Assembly (NCBI GenBank): GCA_040954595.2
Contig: CM082578.2
Span: 10,857,166 to 10,921,165, forward strand
From: Balanoglossus misakiensis
Taxonomy: Eukaryota; Animalia; Hemichordata
Length of the DNA: 64,000 nt
Direction of reading: 5' to 3'
Shown here: positions 1 through 13,081 of the stretch, in pieces
Layout: each line of letters begins with the position of its first letter
Position numbering within the stretch: the first letter of the stretch is position 1
The notes under the pieces: generated by a model
Told to the model about the DNA's origin: nothing
Seen by the model: the letters and a program-made list of their open reading frames with translations, nothing else
Database searches by the model: none
Translations under genes and position numbers: made by a program

Positions 1-552
1 TAGGCAAGGTGTTGCTCAAGTGACTGCGCGTCTACGACATCACGTACTCATTCGGGGAGAAGGATTATGCTTTAAACTTGCCTCGGTCGCTATTTATTTT
101 TGGGGAGGCATTAACCCTTCTCCTGCGTAACCAACCCTTCTCCTTCTCATTTAGTATGACCTACAGATGATATAAGACTCGACTGAGGACAGCAACAAGC
201 TCCTAAGTGATTGAAATCAATGTGTATGATGCATGCATAACGATGTATTACTCCGTGAATTTTTTTTTCTATGAGTGAACACATTCAAGTTGTGGACGAT
301 TTTGTTTGATCATTGAATTTAATTTATTTCGATTGAGCTGTGTACATAATGCTAACAAAACGACAATTGTAGAAGTGGATTTTTAGCCGTAATGAAATTA
401 ATGTATTCCTATGGAAATTCAATGTAGTGCGCGTATATCCTTAATAATGTTTCCATGTTGTAGTAAACCACGAAAATGACAAAACCAACACTTGTACCGG
501 AGGAAGAAACTGGCTGCAATTAATGTGCACATTAACACATTGATGATTTCAG

Positions 553-3679
<3,127 letters not shown>

Positions 3680-4398
3680 GAATGAGGGCGCGATCCTCCG
3701 ACGTTGCAAGTCATCAAGGGGTACGCCACAGACAACGACCCCCCAAATTCACGATGATCGTTCCCTTTAGATCTTTTCATATAACTATCCTGGCACCGAC
3801 TGAGTAATATAATTTACACATACATGTACATGCATGTATTCTTATCTTTTATACGTGTACAATTCTGGGCATTATCACTTTAAAACGTATAATCAACGAA
3901 GGTTTATAAACACAAGTGAATATAAACGTCACTCAGTCTTCGAAAAATGAAATCGGTATTAATGCAATTAATAGTGTATCTCGTTTTGATATGAATCTAT
4001 TTCCGTGTTCTGTCTTTGTATCCATCGGTATCATTAGATAACATGACTGCAGATTTAGACTTTCATGTGTACAACACACGATTTCCAGTACAGTGTTCCC
4101 CAAATCACTCTTATGTGTACATGTAATGTACATCGAGGCACGGCCTCATTATCTTGTATTATCTACTAGTATTTTCTTTTGCATTTTTTAGTTCTCATTT
4201 TATCGCACTTACATGTATCTATAGGAGCTTCAATAATAAAGCTACGTTCGCGTTGTCGTCTTTGTGTATTGCATCGTCCTGGTGACAAAGAGATAGATTC
4301 GGTAATGTATGAACCAAAAGTGAGCAACCTCTATCTGCCTTCCACATGCACAGATACTCGCTCGACCACAACGCTATGACCGTTAACATCTGCATTAA

Positions 4399-4487
4399 TA
4401 ACCCTTTCACCACCATGGTGCGGTCCAAACCCATTGTTTTCTACGGTAAGGTTGGATCTCTATAGAGGGAACTGGGGTGAAAGAGGT
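4399..4487. mobile_element. ~90 bp MITE-like dispersed repeat, copy 1
   Basis: Imperfect terminal inverted repeats (aaccctttcacc ... ggtgaaagaggt); a diverged reverse-orientation copy lies at ~44490-44575. Confidence 0.6.
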
Positions 4488-4932
4488 GGTATGATAAAAG
4501 GGTCAGGATTACGGCGATCACATCCTGGTGATCTGCTTGCAGGATTAGCTAAAGGCGACACACGGTTGCGATGTGCGTGTGTGTTGTAAACGTACGTCAT
4601 ATCAAACTGTTTCGGTACATACGTATACGATGATACACAGCCTGCAAAGCTTGAAAGTTACAAAATGGGTCTTGGATTCTTGGGCGATATAATTTTAGTG
4701 GTAATCAGCAAACATGATAAAGCTCTACGTGTGATTGGTCATGTGTATTAAAACTAGCTGATAGTGAAAGGTAGCTATTTGATGTGGAACATTTTCTATT
4801 CTTGTGCATGCAATGACAGCTTTTAATCACTAGAATATATCAAAAAGATATCATTTTTTTTTACTTCTGTCAGTACTATACACTACAATTCTTGCTCATT
4901 GTCATTAAATTCTTCCATGTTTTGCTTCATCT

Positions 4933-7068
4933 TCACTTCTCCGGAATATACCGGCAGAGTTCCTGCGGAGTGACATTCCCACCGGTGAGAACGACCACCA
5001 CTTTCTTGCCGTGGGTGTCGGGTATTTTGCCGCTTTGCAGTGCAGCGAACGCGGCCGCACCCGAAGGCTCCACGACCAGGCCACTGTGGTAGAGGGTGCG
5101 GACAGCCTCTTTGATCTCTTCGTCGGAGACCACCAGCATGCCGTCGACGAACTCCATGTTGTGCCGATAACTGTTTGGACCTGGAACGTGTTTATCAAAT
5201 CAGCAAAATATGAAAACGGAACCATGCGCACAATGCTGTACTTGAAGGCGATTCAACAGGTGTCAGTAAGAGGTATAGTGCGCCCTCTACGGCAATATAT
5301 CCAAAACGTAACACTGACCAGATAAAGCTTCTGAAGAGAGCCACCTGTAAATAATAGTGACTCCAAACACGAGTCACTTTACATTCATCTTATGGTAATT
5401 ATTGATAGTACATCTATACTCTAGTTAAGCATTGCCAGTCAAAACTGGACCATAGCCACCGTTCAATGCCCACTGTTGGTACTTGCAGTGGACTTGATGA
5501 TACGAGACTAACCTATGTATGGGGGCGCTAATCCAGCTGCTATGGTTTGGATGTTGGTCTCTTTTACTGGATGACCAGCTGGCCGACTCCTGTTCATTGC
5601 ACAGGCTGAAATAAAATAAAAACCTTTAAAAATGGGATTGTAATTTTTGGTATGAGTAAAACATATGTCTTGCATGATTTTAAAAATTGAGGGCAGTCTG
5701 TGTAAATGTGGATTGGGGGGGGGGGGGGGGGGGGGTGGCTACAATCACTGTCATTGGCAACTTACCCCCCTCTGGTTCTATTCCATAAACCCTCGTATTG
5801 GATCGGCCTGACAACTTGATAGCTGCAGCTGTTCCAGCAAGTAAACATCCCCCTCCACTGCAGACTGCCACTATGTCAGGGTCTCCAAGGTCCTCCAAGA
5901 TTTCAAAACCAAGACTGTTGGGGAAAATGGGATGTTAAAATTTGTTTCAATTACCGGTATTCGCGTAATGGAAATCTAAAAATTAAAAAAAATGACTCTT
6001 CTCAATGTGTATTTTACTCGCACCTTCCGTATCCAGCGATCAGTGTGATGTCATCAAATGAATGCATGAAATGCATGCCTTCCTCAGCTACCAGTTTATC
6101 TGCTGTCGACTGAAGCTCTTTGCTTTCACATCGAAGTACACCTGCACCATAACCCTGAAAGAAAGTGTTTTGTCTACATTACAAAATACAAAGAACTAGC
6201 AAACCATGCTTTTGCTTGTCTTTCTTAATAGAAGAATGCCAACTTTCGACTCCACTAATTCTGAGAGCTCTGAGAATCTAATTTTTACTAATGACCTGGA
6301 CTTATAATAATATAATAGAGTTCAAAACCTGGACCAATAAATTCTTTGATGACGTAGAATTATCCATGCGGATTTTGCCAATACCTTGATGACCGTCTCT
6401 CTGTCGTCAGGAGCAGTAAACGGCATTATCACTATCCCCTTCAATTTCTGCAGACTGGTCAGATATGCAAACGCTCTGCCGTAATTCCCTGCAGAGATAG
6501 TCACCAGTGTTTGCTCCTGTCTGGTTGCTTTCTCTGGCACGTGACGTAACTGGTTGACAAGACCACGTGGCTTGAAAGAGCCTAGTTGTGTGAAAAGTTC
6601 ATAATTTAACACAGGTGAAACAAACAAACAAACAAACAAATAAATAAAATAAAGAAACAATAACCACCGTGATGATAAACAATGCGGTGTCGTGAAGGTG
6701 GTTGTTAATGTTTCTTTATTTTATTTATTTATTTGTTTGTTTTCCGAAAAGAAAGCCTAATTCACCTGGGAATTTTATAACGCTCAACGCTAGCACCAAC
6801 GTGCATATTTTTCGAATTGCAATACAAATTACTTTCGTTGTTGTCACAAGTGTGTGTGGCAAGACTACAACATTGACTTGTACCTGCATGTACCTGTCTT
6901 TTGCATATTTTCTAATTTCAAGTGCAACTCAACAGATTCGCCCATGCCATATTGTTCCTGAACGTCGTGCAACATGGGAGTGTGGACACACTGGCCGCTC
7001 TGTCGGGCAACTTCTCTTGCCGACTTCAGGTCTTCCAAGGTCACTAGTGGAGAATTCGGATCATACAT
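4933..7068 (-). CDS. PLP-dependent fold-type II enzyme, serine/threonine dehydratase (ammonia-lyase)/serine racemase family, ~330 aa
   Basis: Exons 7068-6894, 6581-6385, 6154-6024, 5914-5766, 5605-5513, 5180-4933 are all GT-AG and total 993 nt in frame. Motifs: TPM, LKLENMQKTGSFKPRG (PLP lysine), SAGNYG, HSFDD..IAGYG, GGG loop, EPSGAAAFAAL, VLTGGN. An acceptor-like CAG just before 7069 suggests an additional upstream exon. Confidence 0.92.
6617..6744. repeat. Imperfect inverted repeat (foldback) in dehydratase intron
   Basis: Left arm gaaacaaac...aaataaataaaataaagaaacaataaccacc (6617-6668) matches the reverse complement of ggtggttgttaatgtttctttattttatttatttatttgtttgttttc (6697-6744); ~28 nt spacer. 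Confidence 0.8.
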
Positions 7069-7279
7069 ACTGCGCAGTCACATTTACAACATCACAGATT
7101 CACAAGTACAACGTGTACATGTGTATATACTAGTAGTACATGTACTGCCAGTGTTCTGCTAGAGAACTACATGTACATAGGATGCCACAACCTCCCATAA
7201 GCCATTGGGGTTGGGTCAAACGACACTTTACAATGAGACTGGGCTAAATAAACTATAAAACCAGTTTCGTTCTTATCTT

Positions 7280-7490
7280 ATCACCATCTTCACGTCATTT
7301 CTGTACGGCTTCATCGATGAACACGAGTGCAGTTCTGCAAACCCGGAAATGACCCGGAAGTAAATATACTTGGACTTTTGTACGCATGCTCATTTGCTCC
7401 TAAAACGAGGCTACCGGTGTGACTCTGCCACGTTTGACACTTTGCCGTTGCAGAATTTGTCATTTTTACCGTAATTTTGAGTCAAGATGG
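7280..7490. promoter_or_regulatory. Putative bidirectional promoter (dehydratase-like gene / SEC13)
   Basis: Divergent start codons ~420 bp apart; tandem ETS-type CCGGAAAT and CCGGAAGT at 7343-7361; YY1-like AAGATGG on both strands (7485-7490 plus, ~7284-7290 minus). Confidence 0.6.
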
Positions 7491-10303
7491 TAAGTCTGTG
7501 GTTGTTTATAACTCTTCATAACAAAATACGTGTACGATGTTTCTTTTTACTTGAAATTTTGCCATTATACTAACCAAGACACGAGTTAAACATTTCCGGC
7601 TGGTCGAGTCGCAAAATATACAAGGAAAGGTACAAAGATCTACGAAGAAATCGTGGATTTTCTTTCCTGGGGGATCTCAGAATGTAAACATACTGATCTC
7701 ATGCCCCCGAACAAAAGTAGTAATAAGCCTCCATCATGTGTTTGTGCGTGTTTTGTTATTAACCTGTTGATATATGGCCATGAACAACTGACTGCATAAT
7801 AATATGCAATGTATTACTACAGAGGTTAGCTGTATGTGCAGTTGGGTACCGCAGCTCGAGGTTTTCATGATTCTCGCATCTTTCTTGGTTTACTTCAGTT
7901 GTGTACACTATGTAATTACCTTGATTCAAGTTGATTAAGTGGTAAAATTGCAACACGCACCTTTCTTTTCCTTCCAGGTGTCTGTGGTGAACACAATAGA
8001 TACAGCACATGAAGATATGATTGTAAGTATAGTTGTTCATGATTGTGTGATTATTTTAAACTTTAAACTTCTCTTTGTTTGCCTAAGAACATTCTAGATC
8101 CTGTGTGCGCCCAGGCCTGAAGCAGACAAGATTTCTGAACAAACAGTGAAAATTTAGCGAGCACTGTACAGATATTCTGATCTTGCGGAACTGACTTGGT
8201 GGTAATGATCAATATGTCCCGATTTAGATAATTCCCCTGTGTATTTCCTCTTTAGCATGATGCACAGATGGACTATTATGGAATTCGTCTTGCAACATGT
8301 TCATCGGACAGATCTGTCAAGGTCTTTGATGTGAAGAATGGACAACAGACACTGGTAGCAAATCTTACAGGGTAAGGCCACTGTCCTACTTTAACATCTT
8401 TTCAGGCTCCAAAATTTGTTTCTAGTAAGTAGTATACTGTTTTACAACATTTGCTGTTACTGACCAGCCTCTTTTTCTAATGTTCCTCGCAGACACGAAG
8501 GTCCAGTGTGGCAGCTGGCGTGGGCACATCCGATGTACGGCAACCTTTTAGCATCGTGTTCCTACGACAGGAAAGTGATTATATGGAAGGAAACAGGTGG
8601 CAACTGGGACAAACTTTATGAATACAGTAATCATGATTCATCAGGTATGTTAGAACGGTATTTCGGTCTCTGTGGTGTGATGATGTGAATGGAGGAGTAA
8701 TTTGATAGCGAGAAGCATTCTGATATGCTGGCATTGTATGATAGTTTTCATACTCTAGCTCCCCCTCTCCTAAAAAAAGAAATGTACATTTGAAGAAGTG
8801 ATTTTTTGAAATCTGGGAGTTGTGATTGTGTGATGAGTACCATGATTCCAAATGTTGAACACTTTACATAGTTTTGACGTTGTCATTTCTGACATTACAG
8901 TGAATTCTGTGTGCTGGGCACCGCATGAGTTCGGCCTAGTCTTAGTTTGTGGTTCGTCAGATGGCGCTATATCAGTACTGTCAAGCTCAGGAGATGGCAC
9001 CTGGGAAACCAAAAAAATCAACAATGCACACACAGTAAGTCACTCATATTCTCGGTGTTGCAGGCCAACGCCATACAGTTATTGACTTGTCTCAGTGTAA
9101 TACAGTCACCTCTATCATTTACATATGTCAATGTATGGTTGAAAGAGTGAGTCCAAGTCTTCAAAGGACCGTGTGTTCCGTGGATGAAATGCATGGAGAT
9201 CATTAGCACAGTCCGTTCATTACCAAAGATACCCATGTTGTGTTGCGCTTGTGTTTACAGATCGGCTGCAATGCTGTCAGCTGGGCTCCCGCTGTTGTAC
9301 CGGGCTCACTCATAGAGCAGCCGTCGGCTCAAAAAGCAACCACTGTCAAAAGATTCGTCTCGGGCGGATGTGACAATCTCGTAAAAATTTGGAAGTAAGT
9401 GAGATTTTGATTCTCCTGAACCTGCACACATACGAATAATTTCCACCACTGGAATTTTTTCACAAAACGTGAGGGCTTGCTGTAAGTTAGATTTCCCACA
9501 ACTCTGCTTTTTGTCAGGGAGGAGGACGGACAGTGGAAGGAAGAGCAGAAACTGGAAGCACACAGCGACTGGGTGAGGGACGTGGCGTGGGCTCCCTCTA
9601 TCGGCCTGCCACACAGCACCATAGCCAGTTGTTCCCAGGATGGTCGCGTCATCATCTGGACGAGTGACGATAGCACCAGCAGTATGTGGACACCAAAAGT
9701 AAGTGTGTTTCAGCTGAAAATACCAAGTATATTTCATATTGCACATGTGTCAGGATGGTAAATGTGTGCATTTTTTTTGCGGTGGCCACTTTAGCACCAA
9801 TCAACTTGAGAGGAAGGGGTCACGGATGTAAGCAATGTTGTGATACAATGAATATCGCTCGTCCCTTTTCAGATTCTTAACAAATTCAGCGACGTTGTGT
9901 GGCATGTGAGTTGGTCAGTCACTGGCAACATCCTGGCTGTGTCTGGCGGCGACAACAAGGTGAGATTTTCTCATTCTTTCGTTTGTCCATGCTTCACGCA
10001 TGATTATGTATCATCTGTAATTTGCAATGATAGAAAGTTTAAAATTTCCAAAGTAACTAGGTTGTACTTTTCAAGTTCAAATAACATCGTTTTGTTTCTC
10101 AAAATTTGCTTTGTTTGTTTTGAATTATTCTTGTTTCCATTTACCCCAGTCAGTTCTTTTACTTCTTCTTCAAAACTGTACATATTTTTGACGTATTTCA
10201 GGTTAGTTTATGGAAGGAGTCACTGGAAGGTCAGTGGGTGTGTGTCAGCGACGTCAACAAAGGTCAAGGCCAGCAACCAACAGACGCACAGACAGAACAG
10301 TAA
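7487..10303 (+). CDS. SEC13: Protein SEC13 homolog (COPII coat / Nup107 complex / GATOR2 WD40 protein), 317 aa
   Basis: Exons 7487-7489 (ATG only), 7978-8022, 8256-8371, 8493-8644, 8901-9034, 9261-9394, 9518-9698, 9873-9959, 10202-10303 total 954 nt. Translation [40 protein letters not shown]...[28 protein letters not shown]...[12 protein letters not shown]...[15 protein letters not shown] is typical SEC13. Confidence 0.98.
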
Positions 10304-10599
10304 CATTAATCGATAGGCATAAACGTTTCTGGACTCTCTCATCCACACTTCCCTGATTAAACCTCATTGAAATCAGTGGGGGTTGTACCATACATACATT
10401 GGAGCAGGCGAGTGGAACTGATTTGATGAATTTTGGTTTAACAAAAAAAGGAGAAGGCATAACAGAACAGTGTATATAAAAAATGGACGTGAACTCAGCT
10501 TGTGGCTGCAACAAGAACCTAGCATAGTGATCGACTTTTCAGAGACTTTTTATCTTGCTGTGCACAAAGAAAGTTTCTTTTTTTCTTCTGAAAAGAAAA

Positions 10600-10641
10600 A
10601 ATAAATAAAATTGTATTTAAAGTGGTGTGTGTGTGTGTGTG
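10600..10641 (+). terminator. Likely SEC13 polyadenylation signal with GU-rich downstream element
   Basis: Overlapping AATAAA at 10600-10609 followed ~15 nt later by a (GT)n tract. Confidence 0.55.
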
Positions 10642-10782
10642 AATTATTAAGGTGAAACTTGTGGTAATGTCAGAGAGTGTATTGGGGGAAAATATGAAAC
10701 ATAATTCACTGTTTTAGCTGAAATTGAAAGTGTAACTGTACCACTGCTAAACCAAATAATAAAACTGGTGGACATCGTAGAT

Positions 10783-10788
10783 TTTATT
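10783..10788 (-). terminator. Candidate distal CELSR polyadenylation signal (3' UTR ~2.3 kb)
   Basis: TTTATT on plus = AATAAA on minus; the last such site before the SEC13 3' end. More proximal candidates exist near 11613, 11674, 12187 and 12894. Confidence 0.35.
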
Positions 10789-13081
10789 TCGTCAAGGTGA
10801 CATTTTAATAATAAAAAGCCATCCATCTTGCATCAAAAGGAAATATATTACAAGCTTCGTGAATGGTAAAACTGACTCAAAAAAATGATACAGATGACAA
10901 AAAAAAAATTCTCAGAGAAAAAATAAACACTATACACAATGACTGATCGAACAACGTACAACACTTAAGAATCCACAATTTTTTGATGGTCTCTATCACA
11001 AAAAGGAACTAACACTATTAAACTGAGAAAGCCATTCTAACAATTTCACCCTCCAGACAGACTCGAAAAGTCTTGACAGTCAATTCAAATATTTTACACA
11101 AAAGAAAACTGCGGCCGAATCTCTGAATTTTCAGAGATAAGCCACCAGCTTTTGTAAAAATCATGGCAACACATTTTTTCTTTTTTTTCTCCAACTTTTT
11201 TTTATGCACTTTACATCACAGTAATATTAATAGAAACTCCTGAAAGATACTGTTAACAGATACTGGACAAAGTGTTACTTCATTAATGACATCTAGCGAA
11301 AAACATGGTCGAAATCTAACAATTACAACTTGGACAGCGACTCGTCAAATTTCATCGGCTACATGATAGGAAAAAATTCAGTTAAAATTCCAAAGTACTT
11401 TACACAGTTGGCATGGCTCACAGAATAAAACATTGACAATACTTCTCTCTCCAGTAAACCTGTAACATTTATCAAGACCAGTCAGATGATCATGAAGTTC
11501 TGATCTGGACAAAAAAGAACAACTTGCGACACCAGAAAAACCTCACTGAGCATGTGCACTAGAAAGTTTCACCGGGCATGCTCAGAATGAAGCACACTGG
11601 TGTAGTCTTCGGTTTATTTTTGGATTCAGGTTCAGACTCAAATACCAAGCCTCCTGATCCAAGTTAAATTTTTTTTATTAAGTTATACATACACTACTAC
11701 CTGAGCTAAAACAAGGATTATAAATACACAGCCGACATTACAATAATTGTTTTTCACTGGGTTGGCAAGGAGATAGCCACAGAGCGTAGATAGACAACAA
11801 TAGATGGGGTCGTCACATTTTTAGATAGGGAGAGACTGTACATTCAGGTGTGACTATACAACCATCCACTGTACTCCTAAAATTAACAGCATCTGTGCCA
11901 ATGCTGGGCTTAGCCACATATACAAATACAAAATTCGTACCATAAAATACCTCTTCATGATTTTCTTTCCTATTTTAAATATCACAGAATTTACCATGAA
12001 GAACATTATCGTTATTAAAAATTTGACGTAATTGGCATAATTTTTCATATACTATCATTCTTGTGAACCATCACCACAGTCCCAGTCAGAGTCGATCAGT
12101 GATATACTCGATATAAAAAACTACCCTTTTTGAAAGGGAGACACAATAGCTCAAAAGAGAACTACAAAATGTAATTTGCTTGGTCACTTATTTTATATCT
12201 TCTACTGTTTCCCCTCAACCCCCTGAAATTTGAACTATGAATTCCTAAAAGTTCCATATTCAACATTTAACAGGTCTCTCAAAAAGTTTGGGAAAAATAA
12301 ACAACTTGCAGCCGTATGAACCTTGTTTTCTTTTCATTAACTAAGAAAAAAATAACAAAACGAAAAACTGACAAAAATATAAAAAAACAAATCTACAATA
12401 TATTAACAATAAAAATCTCTTGAGTTCAGGTCTGTAATGGCTAAACAACTGAAACAAGATGGCTGCCACACAAATGACCTCTGACCTTTCCTGTTGATTG
12501 GCCAATCACTCAGTACACTTCATAACGTCGAAATTAAGAAAACCGAAATGCTGGAAGACTGGTTAGGCAGTATGCGTTGATTAATTAATAGGCAAGGCAT
12601 TGGGGTTCACGTCTTCCGTTTCTCTGCAGATATTCTTTATGTTGATTATCGATCTCCACAGTCGTCAAGTTCTTAATAACTCTTTAAAAACGCCTGATTT
12701 TTTTTTCTGCAATGCACCGACGTCGACATTCACGCCAAAACTTTTGGTCTCACGACCGAGGCAACAAAGTGCAATCTGCAAACTGAGAAGGCGCTGTACA
12801 TCTTTCCTTGCCATTGCAAAGTCTGACAGCAGCAATCGGAGGGCAAGGGCCGTCCCCGCACCTGGAAAGATTTGATGATAGTCCACTTCCGCATTTATTT
12901 ATTAGTCGTGCATAGGAAACAAAAAAAAAATGCAAAGTTGAGCAACATCTCTCAGAGTTGACCGGTCAGGTGCCACTATTTACAATGAAAATTCCATTTT
13001 GAGCTTCACTTTTTTGTGTCTGCAATATCCATCTTGTTTCTCGTTGTCTCTCGTAGTGACTGTAATGTAGTCCCCCTTTCC

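Noticed and set aside
1-240. Possible upstream exon of the EGF-LU gene (tag|GCAAGG...; ctacag|ATGATA...)
   Set aside because: The frames compatible with a phase-1 junction hit stops, and no signal-peptide-like sequence is present.
5714-5735. Long poly-G runs here and near 2748, 15032, 50660, 58845 as G-quadruplex elements
   Set aside because: Simple homopolymers scattered throughout, error-prone in assembly, no consistent positional pattern.
6702-7133. 143-aa plus-strand ORF sharing MFLYFIYLFVC with ORF 6322..6660
   Set aside because: Artefact of the intronic inverted repeat plus antisense overlap with the dehydratase exon.
7192-7205. Possible extra first coding exon MAYG(S) for the dehydratase
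   Set aside because: In frame, but the donor GTTGTG is weak and it cannot be distinguished from UTR or intron without transcripts.
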